From contig JACQWJ010000034.1 in assembly GCA_016209325.1 (NCBI GenBank), forward strand, positions 220 through 64,219: a stretch of DNA of 64,000 bases. Reading direction: 5' to 3'. This stretch comes from Candidatus Uhrbacteria bacterium (GTDB lineage: Bacteria > Patescibacteriota > Patescibacteriia > UBA9934 > GWF2-40-263). Made by a program: the position numbers and the translations under genes. The notes beneath the pieces are model-generated. The model saw only the letters and a program-made list of their open reading frames with translations, made no database searches and was not told the DNA's origin. Shown here piece by piece: positions 44,059-52,918 of the stretch. Position 1 is the first letter of the stretch. Each line of letters opens with the position of its first letter.

Positions 44059-45708
44059 TTATTGCCCCAAAGACGTCATCCGGTACAGCGACTCCTCCCC
44101 GTACGTCCCCACGAGCTCGATGCCGAGTCCCAACCCCTTCAGCTTGTCGTCGTTCAGGTAGGCGAGGTCGGTTTCGGGGAGAGTGATGCCGAAGTAGTAG
44201 AGAGGGGCACGGAGCGCAATCCTCGGGAGGAGGGCGTAGGTGGCCTCGTCCCGGAGGGGGTAGCGGACGCGGCGGTGGGGGAAGAAGAGCTTGTCCGCCC
44301 GGTCGACGACGATCACGGCGTCCGGCTCGGTCAGGCCGAGGACCTGGTCGCGAGTCTTGGCCGCGGCCTCGAGGGTGCGACGGGCGAGAACGAGGCTGTC
44401 GGCGGACGCGAAGAAGGCGCCATGAACCCCGAGGCCGAAGACGGCGAGGAAGGCTCCGACCGCCCAGGCGCGCTGGGCCAGCGGGTGGAGCAGGAGATCA
44501 CGCACCCAGAGGATCGCCAAGGCGGCGAAGGGCGTCGTCAGGACGAAGGCAGGCAGCCAATAGCGTACGTACGAGTTGCCGATCGTGACGGCCGCGGGAT
44601 CGGGATTGTCGTGGATCGTCCAGCTGCCGTAGAGGAGGGCGAGCCATCCCCCGACGAACAGAAACACGGCGAGATAGAGCCAGCGCCACTGCCGCCGCGC
44701 CCCCTTGTCGGACCGTTTGGGAAAGGCGAGGAAAAATCCCGGGACGGCGAGAACGGCCATCCACCAGAACAGCGTGATGCCGTAAGCGAGGAGGTGGCTC
44801 CACGCGATGCGCGGATGGATCCCGAACGGGGCCACGAGGGATCGGACGGAACGCGACCCGCCTAAGGGAGCGGACACGGCGGCCTGCGACGCCTCGTCAG
44901 TCGTTTCCGCAACCAGCGTGTAACCGGTTGACACGGGGCTCCCGTACAACGCCTGGTTGAAGAAAAACAGAGGTGAGACGGCTAGGACGGCGCCAAGCAC
45001 AGCCCATGCGACGGCCTGCCTGGCGACGTGGCGATGGAGCCATACGAGGATGAGGAGACCCCCGGCCAGCATCCAAAACGCTTCGGAGGCCCTGACGAAA
45101 ACGGCGAGACCAAAGCAGATGCCCACCAGCGCAGGGTCTGCCGCAGCCGGGATGAACCGCATCCCTCGGGTGCGAAGGCCTTTAAACGGCTGAACGAGAG
45201 CGAAAAAGACGCTTCCGATGAGAAGGCTCGTAAACAGGACGTTGTGCATGAGGGACCGCGCCGCGTAATACCACCAGGCGGGATGGGCGAAGAGGAGGAG
45301 GGCCGCCCAACGGGCCACGCGAGGGTCAAACAATTTCCGCACGATGCCATACCAGGCGAGCACAGCAAGAAACGCGACGACGGGGGTCAGCAGGGGAAGC
45401 GCGCCGATCCCGAGCAGACGGGCCGCGAGCCCGTACAAGACGGGGAGGCCGGGAAAGCTGGCGGGGACCAGGCGGCCGTGGAGGGATAGGATGCTACGCG
45501 GATGCAGGACGTCGCCAAGGATCTCGTTCAAGGGCTCGAAGGCATACAAGCGTCCGTGCTCGGCGAACGTGCCCGCGAAAAAAGCGTTCGCGGTCTCGTC
45601 CGGAGAAACGAAGGGGCCTCCGGGAACCGACAGGACGAGGCAGGCGCAGACGAAGAGAATGCCTGCCGCGACCAGGACGGCGAGGTCGCGCCTGGTTTCA
45701 GATGCCAT
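44059..45708 (-). CDS. GT-C fold membrane glycosyltransferase (family 39/83, PMT/ArnT-like)
   Basis: 549 aa, >10 TM helices, N-terminal loop with conserved acidic residues (SPDETANAF) typical of GT-C mannosyl/arabinosyltransferases. Confidence 0.55.
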   Translation of the reverse strand: MASETRRDLAVLVAAGILFVCACLVLSVPGGPFVSPDETANAFFAGTFAEHGRLYAFEPLNEILGDVLHPRSILSLHGRLVPASFPGLPVLYGLAARLLGIGALPLLTPVVAFLAVLAWYGIVRKLFDPRVARWAALLLFAHPAWWYYAARSLMHNVLFTSLLIGSVFFALVQPFKGLRTRGMRFIPAAADPALVGICFGLAVFVRASEAFWMLAGGLLILVWLHRHVARQAVAWAVLGAVLAVSPLFFFNQALYGSPVSTGYTLVAETTDEASQAAVSAPLGGSRSVRSLVAPFGIHPRIAWSHLLAYGITLFWWMAVLAVPGFFLAFPKRSDKGARRQWRWLYLAVFLFVGGWLALLYGSWTIHDNPDPAAVTIGNSYVRYWLPAFVLTTPFAALAILWVRDLLLHPLAQRAWAVGAFLAVFGLGVHGAFFASADSLVLARRTLEAAAKTRDQVLGLTEPDAVIVVDRADKLFFPHRRVRYPLRDEATYALLPRIALRAPLYYFGITLPETDLAYLNDDKLKGLGLGIELVGTYGEESLYRMTSLGQ

Positions 45709-46297
45709 AGCTGAGGAGACTCAAAACCGCGAAACCGAGCGCCAGACACAGAGTCCCAATCGAGACCCATTCAAGAGCGTCTATCCCAAACCAAACCGAC
45801 AACAGAAGAGCGAGCACACCCATGACTTCAAGAAACATCTTGGTCTTCCCAAACGCATTGGCCGACAAGGGACGTCCGCGCCGGCGGTTGAACACGCCGC
45901 CCAGCACGATAAGAAGCTCCATCGAGATGATGAGCAGCGCAAATCCCCACCCAAGATGCTTGGTCACCGTGAGCAGGACGACCGAGCCGATGAGAAGCTT
46001 GTCGGCAACGGGATCGTAAAAGGTGCCCCATGGGGTAATCTGTCCCCGCACGCGCGCCAGGGAACCGTCGAGGGCGTCCGTGAGGGCCGTCACGAAAAAC
46101 AAGGGAACACCGACCGCGTAGCGTTCCTCCATGAGAAACCAGAGCACAAACGGCGCCAGGAGGAAACGCAGAATCGTGAGATGGTTGGGGCGGACCCAGG
46201 CGGGAAACAGGGGAAGCAGGGTGCGCCGCAGGACAAGGTCGTGAGGATACAGCCGGGCCGGATCCCGCTGGGAGCGCCTCCACAATTTCTTCATCAC
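45698..46297 (-). CDS. CDP-alcohol phosphatidyltransferase (PgsA-like)
   Basis: D-x2-DG-x2-AR...G-x3-D-x3-D motif: DALDGSLARVRGQITPWGTFYDPVADKL. Confidence 0.75.
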   Translation of the reverse strand: MMKKLWRRSQRDPARLYPHDLVLRRTLLPLFPAWVRPNHLTILRFLLAPFVLWFLMEERYAVGVPLFFVTALTDALDGSLARVRGQITPWGTFYDPVADKLLIGSVVLLTVTKHLGWGFALLIISMELLIVLGGVFNRRRGRPLSANAFGKTKMFLEVMGVLALLLSVWFGIDALEWVSIGTLCLALGFAVLSLLSYGI

Positions 46298-46334
46298 AGG
46301 AAAACGGGTTCAGCGTGCTAAAATACGGGTACCT

Positions 46335-48470
46335 ATGCGCACCGAGGGAATGTCAGCCAAATTTACCATACGCGGCGCGATTATTCTAGCGGTCTTCCTC
46401 CTGAATGCGCTTTTATGGCGCTCGCCCTTCCTGGGCATGCTTCTGCTTGTCGTTTGGAGTCTTGTGTTTGGAGAAGACCTTGGCGCGCGGGCGATGCCCG
46501 GATGGTCGCGGGGAATGCGGCGGATCACAGGTGTTTGGATCCTGCTGTCGGGTATCGCGATCGTGGGAAGCCTGGTCTACTACTTCTTCGCCTTCACACG
46601 ACCTGTTGCTGTGGGCGTCATGCTCCTTTTCACAGCTGCCGCTTGGTGTGTGGGAAGGAACACGCAAGATACGAAAACAGATGCCGGAGCAAAAAGCGTC
46701 ATCGCTCGTATACGAACGATTCCGATCGGCGTATGGGGAAGCGCCGCGTGCGCGGTTGTCCTCCTTCTCGTGACCCTCCTCCTCGTCCTCCCTCACGCCA
46801 CAGAAGAAGCAACACGTTCCCTGTGGGAACGCATCCCAACAGCAGCTATCTTGGCCGCCTTTGCCGGAAGCGCCGCGCTGACGGGCGCGCTCCTACTGCG
46901 CGGAAAGGGACGCGTCGCTTCCCTACCGCTCGCGGCCTGCCTGCTCGGGGTCGTGATCGCGCTCGCGCTCGCGGTCTTTCCCCTCGGATACGGATTCGAC
47001 CCGTTCATCCACCAAGCCACGGAACGGCACATCGCCGCCCATGGAACCATCACGCCAAAACCGTTGTACTACGTGGGTCAGTACGCCGTCGTCTTGTTTC
47101 TCCATCACACCTTCGCATTACCCATTGACGCAACGGATCGTTTTCTCGTCCCCCTCCTCACGGTTCTCTTTCTTCCCCTCATCTGGTATGCAGCGGCCAC
47201 GCGACTCCTCGGAAGCAGACGTGCCGGAGCCGCGTCGCTGCTCGTGCTGTTTCTCTTTCCCTTGGACGCATTCATTTCCACAACCCCTCAAGGCCTGGCC
47301 AACCTCTGGACGTGTCTGACCCTTCTCGTAGCCCTGCCCCGCCTGCGCGAAGGAAGAGCTTGGCCTCTTTGGCCCGTTCTCCTTGGCACGGGCGCGACAC
47401 TTCTCATTCATCCCCTTGCAGGCATTCCGATCGGCCTGTTCTGTCTCCTCATGGTGGGCGAGGATAAGCGGCTACGGAAACGATTTCCGCGCGGCATGCA
47501 AATCGGACAATGGCTTGTTGTTCTCGGTGGATGCGTCGCCCTGCCTCTCTCCTTTCTCCTCAACGCCAAACTGTCGGGAAGTGCTGTTCAGTTTGATCCG
47601 AGTGGCCTCCTGCCCGGACGTTTCTTGGAAACACTCAGTTGGCAGGCACCCCTTGAAACCCGCTTTGACCCCCTGGCCGACGCCGTTTATCTCTTCGCCC
47701 GGAATCGAACATGGCTGCTTATCCTCGGAGCCACGGCAGGCTGGATCGCTTTCCGTCGTCGCCTCGGTCGTGGTCTGGACGCATACGTCTTGACAGCGTT
47801 CGCTCTGCTGGTCAATTTTCTGCTCGTAAAAGGAACACTCCGATTCGATTTCCTCATCGGGTACGAACAGTCGGCTTACGCGGACCGACTGGTTCCGCTC
47901 TGCCTCTTCTTCCTGATTCCGCCACTCCTCTTCGGGTTCGAAGCTGTACGCCGACGGCTTGAAACGAAACCCCTTGTACTCCACACCTGCGTCGTCGCAC
48001 TGTTCGCGGCTCTGGCCACGGCAAATTTCTACCTGACATATCCACGCCAGGACGCCTACGCCACAAGTCACGGCTACACCATGGGCCAGAGCGACGTCGA
48101 CGCCGTGCGCTCGATCGATGCGGAGGCCGCAGGAACACCCTACGTGGCGCTCGCCAACCAGACCGTCTCGGCGGCAGCGATCCGCGAATTCGGTTTCGCA
48201 CATTACTACGACGACCTGTTTTTCTATCCCATCCCGACCGGGGGGCCTCTCTACCGAATTTTCCTCGCGATGAACGAGCATCCGGATCCAACGACCGCCG
48301 CCGAAGCCATGAACCTGGCTGGTACCGACCTCGTCTACTTCGTCGTCAACCGCTACTGGTGGCAAGCCGATCGCATCATGGAAACCGCAAAAACAAACGC
48401 CGACGACTGGTGGAGCGTCGGCGACGGGGACGTATACGTGTTCACGTACGTCCGAGAACGCCCCGAATAA
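46335..48470 (+). CDS. large polytopic membrane protein (possible GT-C/YfhO-like glycosyltransferase)
   Basis: 711 aa, ~14 TM helices in N-terminal 2/3 followed by soluble C-terminal domain; architecture reminiscent of YfhO/ArnT-like enzymes; no motif confirmed. Confidence 0.5.
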   Translation: MRTEGMSAKFTIRGAIILAVFLLNALLWRSPFLGMLLLVVWSLVFGEDLGARAMPGWSRGMRRITGVWILLSGIAIVGSLVYYFFAFTRPVAVGVMLLFTAAAWCVGRNTQDTKTDAGAKSVIARIRTIPIGVWGSAACAVVLLLVTLLLVLPHATEEATRSLWERIPTAAILAAFAGSAALTGALLLRGKGRVASLPLAACLLGVVIALALAVFPLGYGFDPFIHQATERHIAAHGTITPKPLYYVGQYAVVLFLHHTFALPIDATDRFLVPLLTVLFLPLIWYAAATRLLGSRRAGAASLLVLFLFPLDAFISTTPQGLANLWTCLTLLVALPRLREGRAWPLWPVLLGTGATLLIHPLAGIPIGLFCLLMVGEDKRLRKRFPRGMQIGQWLVVLGGCVALPLSFLLNAKLSGSAVQFDPSGLLPGRFLETLSWQAPLETRFDPLADAVYLFARNRTWLLILGATAGWIAFRRRLGRGLDAYVLTAFALLVNFLLVKGTLRFDFLIGYEQSAYADRLVPLCLFFLIPPLLFGFEAVRRRLETKPLVLHTCVVALFAALATANFYLTYPRQDAYATSHGYTMGQSDVDAVRSIDAEAAGTPYVALANQTVSAAAIREFGFAHYYDDLFFYPIPTGGPLYRIFLAMNEHPDPTTAAEAMNLAGTDLVYFVVNRYWWQADRIMETAKTNADDWWSVGDGDVYVFTYVRERPE

Positions 48471-49674
48471 TCTCTTCCAGCGTGTCAACGTAATGCGGGA
48501 GGCTATACGATTCGACCGAAGCCGTAATCTCTGGACCCCTGGCCCAAAACATATCCTTCTGCCCATCAAAGGATTCGATGGCCGCGGTCCATACAGCAAC
48601 GTCACCGAGTTCCACTAAGAGGCCGTTCTTCCCTTCCCGAATGAGCTCTCCTACGCCGCCGATTTTGGAAGCGATGACAGGGACACCGGCCTGGAAACTC
48701 TCGTAAATGACGGTGGGGGAATTTTCCGCGCAGACCGAAGGAACGACGGTCGCGTCCATAATGGCAAACAGACGTCGCAGGCCTTCCATGGAAACGAAGC
48801 CGTGGTAGACGATGCGACGGTCCTCCCGTCCGAGGTCGCGCACGAAATCGACCAGCGTCCCCTCCCCGGCCATGTGCAGCTCGAACGGGATCGATAGACG
48901 GCGGACAGCGTCTATGAGCTCGTTCACTCCCTTGTGACGCTCAAGTTGTCCGGCCATTAAGAGACGTAAAGGACCCGGAAAACGAACGGGACGACGAGAA
49001 CGAGCATCCCAGCTCGGCGCAGGATTCGGAAGAATGTGCACGGGAACATTCCGAAAAAAATTCTGTTGTCTATAAAAATCCGCCAAAAATTGGGAAGGAG
49101 AAATCACCGCGTTTGGAGGACCCATGGCCTTCCGAACCGCCATCCCGTACAGGTTCCTGAACGCGATAGACACGAGATGGTCCCTGTGTCCGTGCAGAAG
49201 CAAGCCACTGGGGACGGAGAGTTGAACGTCATGCACGGTGTGGATCCAGGGAATCCCAAGCGTACGAGCAGCCTGCGGAACGCGAAGACCAATTCCCTTG
49301 AGGTTGTGGGTCAGCACGATATCCGGTTTCTCTTGACGTAAGACCTCCTCCACGCAGCGCTCGGAGGAAGCGGAACACAAATCCACAAGGTGCCAGACGG
49401 CCCGCAGCGGATACGGAAACCGATGGTCGTCCAACAAATAATAAAGATTGTGAGGAGCAAAGCGATACACCCGTTCTATGGAGGCTTCACGCAACAGCGG
49501 TCGACGGGTGGCCGGGTCAGTTGGCGGCATCGTCGACACGATGGATACCCGATGCCCGCGGGCATGCAGTTCCTGGGCAATACGCTGAGCCACGCGCTCG
49601 GCCCCTCCACGACTGACAGGAGGATACAGGTTGGAGATCAAGCAGATACGCATATACGGCGTTGGCCGAGACAC
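48442..49674 (-). CDS. glycosyltransferase family 4
   Basis: GT-B C-terminal motif E-x7-E region (...ENSPTVIYESFQAGVPVIASKIGGVGELI). Confidence 0.7.
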   Translation of the reverse strand: MSRPTPYMRICLISNLYPPVSRGGAERVAQRIAQELHARGHRVSIVSTMPPTDPATRRPLLREASIERVYRFAPHNLYYLLDDHRFPYPLRAVWHLVDLCSASSERCVEEVLRQEKPDIVLTHNLKGIGLRVPQAARTLGIPWIHTVHDVQLSVPSGLLLHGHRDHLVSIAFRNLYGMAVRKAMGPPNAVISPSQFLADFYRQQNFFRNVPVHILPNPAPSWDARSRRPVRFPGPLRLLMAGQLERHKGVNELIDAVRRLSIPFELHMAGEGTLVDFVRDLGREDRRIVYHGFVSMEGLRRLFAIMDATVVPSVCAENSPTVIYESFQAGVPVIASKIGGVGELIREGKNGLLVELGDVAVWTAAIESFDGQKDMFWARGPEITASVESYSLPHYVDTLEEIIRGVLGRT

Positions 49675-50792
49675 GTGTCATACACAGCCTCAAGCTTATC
49701 TATAAGGGGATCCCAAGCGAAGTGTCGTTCGGCCCGCTGCCGGGCGGCGCGTCCCATGCGTCGGCAACATTCCCCGTCGCTCGCGAGGCGCAAGATGGCT
49801 TGGGCAAGCGCCGCCGCGTCGCCGGGCGGCACGAGCAGGCCGGTTTCTCCCTCCTCGACGAGCGTGCGAACGCCAGGCAAGGCGGAAGCAATGGTCGGGA
49901 GACCACTCGCCGCCGCCTCAAGCACCACCATACCGAACGCTTCGGAACGGTCCGTGGAGGGAAACACATGAAAATCCGCCATGCGGTACAGCGCAGGTTT
50001 ATCCTGTTCGGAAACGTCGCCCAAAAAATGCAGACGCGAACCCTGAACCGCGGTCTGGGTTTCGAAATTGGCACGCAGATCACCGTCCCCGACCAACACG
50101 GCATGCCACGACCGATGTGCGAGGTCGGCAAGCGCCTCGATGAGAACGGGCACGCCCTTGAAAGCGTGGGCACGGTCCATGCCGCCCACGAACAGGAGCA
50201 CGGGCGCGTCAGGGGGGATGCCAAGCTCCCGACGTCGGGCTTCCTCGCGACCCGGATGGAAGTGCTCCAGGTCGACCCCGAACGGCAGCTCGGTGAGCTT
50301 ACCGAAGACAGTGGGAAACCCGCTGAGCGCGCTGGACTCGGCGTAATCCAGGGAACTGACGAGCACACGGTCGACGCGCTGGACGATCCAGGGAAACAGG
50401 ACGCGGCGGTGGACGTCGAAAACCGCGTGCTTAAATCCCCGCCCCGCGGCCGTGTCCATGTGGTACGTCATGACGAGCGGCTGGGAGGAGCGGAGCGCCT
50501 TGCGCATGATGACGGGCTCCGCGCCTCCGAAGAACGGATAGTGGAGATGGACCAGGTCAAATCCCGCCAGGCGGGAGACGAGCGAGGGAAGGACGCCAGC
50601 GTTCCCCCAATGGAGAGGTGAGGGCAGGCGGTGGACGTAGGCCGGGTCGTCCGGAACCGTTCCCACGTAGCGGGGCACGAAGGCGTGGGCATGGTGGCCG
50701 CGGGCGCGCAGGCGCTCCACGTACTCAAAAGCCACCGCGCCCATGCCGCCGCGATACGGAGGATACGTGCAGACGACATGGGCGACTTTCAT
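49638..50792 (-). CDS. glycosyltransferase family 4
   Basis: EAFGMVVLEAAASGLPTIASALPGVRTLV GT4 signature. Confidence 0.75.
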   Translation of the reverse strand: MKVAHVVCTYPPYRGGMGAVAFEYVERLRARGHHAHAFVPRYVGTVPDDPAYVHRLPSPLHWGNAGVLPSLVSRLAGFDLVHLHYPFFGGAEPVIMRKALRSSQPLVMTYHMDTAAGRGFKHAVFDVHRRVLFPWIVQRVDRVLVSSLDYAESSALSGFPTVFGKLTELPFGVDLEHFHPGREEARRRELGIPPDAPVLLFVGGMDRAHAFKGVPVLIEALADLAHRSWHAVLVGDGDLRANFETQTAVQGSRLHFLGDVSEQDKPALYRMADFHVFPSTDRSEAFGMVVLEAAASGLPTIASALPGVRTLVEEGETGLLVPPGDAAALAQAILRLASDGECCRRMGRAARQRAERHFAWDPLIDKLEAVYDTCLGQRRICVSA

Positions 50793-51157
50793 GGGGAGAC
50801 GTCAGAAACGGTCTTAGACGATTCCGATTGCTCGTTCGCATCGCGAAGCGCGAGGAGGCGGACGAGCTTCGTGATGTCCCGCTCGACCTGTTCGAGTTTC
50901 ACGAACAGCCGGAATACCAGGTAAAATAGGAGGATGAGAGACAGGTAAATGGCGAGGTCCGCACCCCGGCCCACGCCGAGCAGGCGCGCGGCCACATCGG
51001 TGGTCTTCGGCCACAGGGCGGCGAGTCCCGCGAGGAGCCAAAACCCGCCCCAAAACGCGAGCTCGCGACGCGTCACGTGCCCATCCGAAAACTGCTTCCA
51101 GGTGCGTACGAGGGCAACGGCAGCCAGGACGGCGAGAAGAATCTGAATGAGGGACAT
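50789..51157 (-). CDS. DUF2304 family small membrane protein
   Basis: 122 aa, 3 TM; commonly follows DPM1-like GT2 genes; pattern RRELAFWGGFWLL. Confidence 0.55.
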   Translation of the reverse strand: MSLIQILLAVLAAVALVRTWKQFSDGHVTRRELAFWGGFWLLAGLAALWPKTTDVAARLLGVGRGADLAIYLSLILLFYLVFRLFVKLEQVERDITKLVRLLALRDANEQSESSKTVSDVSP

Positions 51158-51837
51158 AGGGGGAGATAACAGGGGACGAGCCGACGCAGGATCAGCTTCA
51201 TGAGTGTTCGAACGCCGACCGTGAAACTCTGACCCTTGGACAACGAATAGTCGGTATAAATAGCACGAATGGAAACTTCGGTGTAGACAAGCCCTTTGAC
51301 GCGGGTCTCATGGATGAGTTCCGAGGAAACCTCCATGCGGTTCGTGCGGATGTCGATCCGCTCGAGGGCGCGGCGGGACAGGGCGCGGTAGCCCGACTGG
51401 CTGTCGGTCACCCAGGCGCCGAACAGGAGAAGCGTCGCGAGGTTGCCGACGAGGGTGGCCGCCTTACGATGAAGGGGCATGCCCACGAGGCCAGTACGCA
51501 TACGAGAGCCGACGACGAGGTCTGCGCCGCCGGAGAGGGCTGCGAGAAAGAGGGGGATCTCGGAGGGGTCGTGCTGCCCGTCGGCGTCGAGCGTGACGAC
51601 TGCATCTGCGCCAAGTGCGAGCGCGGCGGCGAATCCGGTTCCGAGCGCCGCTCCCAGTCCCCGATTCAGAGCATGGTGCACCACCCGGGCACCCGCTTCT
51701 CGGGCGGCTTCGGACGTCCGATCGGTCGAACCGTCGTCGACGACGATGACGCATTGGACGAACGGAGCGGCAGCCCGGGCGACGTCTCGCACAGCCTTCT
51801 TCTCATTGTAGGCGGGAATGACGGCAACGACCTGCAT
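51073..51837 (-). CDS. glycosyltransferase family 2, dolichyl-phosphate mannose synthase-like
   Basis: VIPAYNE...VIVVDDGSTDRT...TLDADGQHDP...DSQSGYRA motifs; 3' end overlaps DUF2304 gene (C-terminal tail may be over-extended). Confidence 0.75.
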   Translation of the reverse strand: MQVVAVIPAYNEKKAVRDVARAAAPFVQCVIVVDDGSTDRTSEAAREAGARVVHHALNRGLGAALGTGFAAALALGADAVVTLDADGQHDPSEIPLFLAALSGGADLVVGSRMRTGLVGMPLHRKAATLVGNLATLLLFGAWVTDSQSGYRALSRRALERIDIRTNRMEVSSELIHETRVKGLVYTEVSIRAIYTDYSLSKGQSFTVGVRTLMKLILRRLVPCYLPLCPSFRFFSPSWLPLPSYAPGSSFRMGT

Positions 51838-51857
51838 ACGCGGGAAACCGACGATGG

Positions 51858-52871
51858 TTACAGAGGACGCGAAAGAATTTTCGTCGCACGAATGTCATCG
51901 ATGGTCTTTTGGAGCCCATCTTCCAGGCGGGTGAGGGGGAGCCACCCGAGCTCCCTGGCCTTGCCCGTATCTGGCAGGCCAAGCTCACTGAGGAAGAGGA
52001 GGCCTTCCTGAAATACGACGCGAGAGGAAGACCCCGTCAGGTCGATCACACGCTGAGCAATGTCCGCCATGCGCAGGTCCGCGTCGCTCCCAATGTTGAC
52101 CGGACCGGTCCCGGTGGGCGCCTGCATAACGCGGATGAGGCCATCCACCACGTCGTCCACGTACACGAGCGATGTACGGAAATCCTCATGGCCGTAGATG
52201 ACGAGGTCCTTCCCTTCGAGCGCGTTCAAAACGAAATCAGGAATCAGGTGGCCATCAAACAAGGGCATGCGCGGCCCGTAGGTACGGAAGACGCGCGCAA
52301 TCTTCGCGTCAATTCCGTGGACAGCACGGTAGGTCTCGAACATGGTCTCGGAGAAACGCCGGCCCTCGTCGTAACAGCCGCGCGGGGAGAGGTGGTTGAC
52401 GCATCCCTCCGCGTCCTCGCGCAGGAGGACATGTCCCTCGCGGCGCGGCCCATAAACAACAGCACTCGAAGAGAGCAGAACTTTAGAGCGGTACTTCAAG
52501 GCGAGTTCAAGAATGTGGTAGTTGGCCAATGAGTTGGCCAACAGGATCTGAATCCGGAACTGATCAAACTTCTGGATCGCCATGGGACAGGCTAGATGGT
52601 AGATCTCCTGGATGCCCTGGAACGGAAGCTTGAGCGGCTCGAGCTCGGCGATCTTCTCGAGATCAAGAGGGAGGTTGGCATCGAGGCGCAAGAAGTGGAA
52701 GTCCGGATAAGACAGAAGGGGCTCGATGTTCCGAATGCTCGAGGTGGAAAAATTGTCGAGACATATGACGTGCACTCCATCCCGAAGCAACCGCTCGCAC
52801 AGATGCGAACCGATAAAGCCGGCGCCTCCGGTCACGAGAACATTCTTTTTTTCAAACGGCTTGTCAGACAT
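51858..52871 (-). CDS. NAD-dependent epimerase/dehydratase (UDP-glucuronate decarboxylase/UXS-like)
   Basis: VLVTGGAGFIGSHLCERLL Rossmann, Y-x3-K (YDEGRR... / YAVHG), SDR-extended length. Confidence 0.7.
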   Translation of the reverse strand: MSDKPFEKKNVLVTGGAGFIGSHLCERLLRDGVHVICLDNFSTSSIRNIEPLLSYPDFHFLRLDANLPLDLEKIAELEPLKLPFQGIQEIYHLACPMAIQKFDQFRIQILLANSLANYHILELALKYRSKVLLSSSAVVYGPRREGHVLLREDAEGCVNHLSPRGCYDEGRRFSETMFETYRAVHGIDAKIARVFRTYGPRMPLFDGHLIPDFVLNALEGKDLVIYGHEDFRTSLVYVDDVVDGLIRVMQAPTGTGPVNIGSDADLRMADIAQRVIDLTGSSSRVVFQEGLLFLSELGLPDTGKARELGWLPLTRLEDGLQKTIDDIRATKILSRPL

Positions 52872-52918
52872 ACAATGCAGCCATGATACGAGTCGAAGAC
52901 GGAAAAATCAAACAGACA

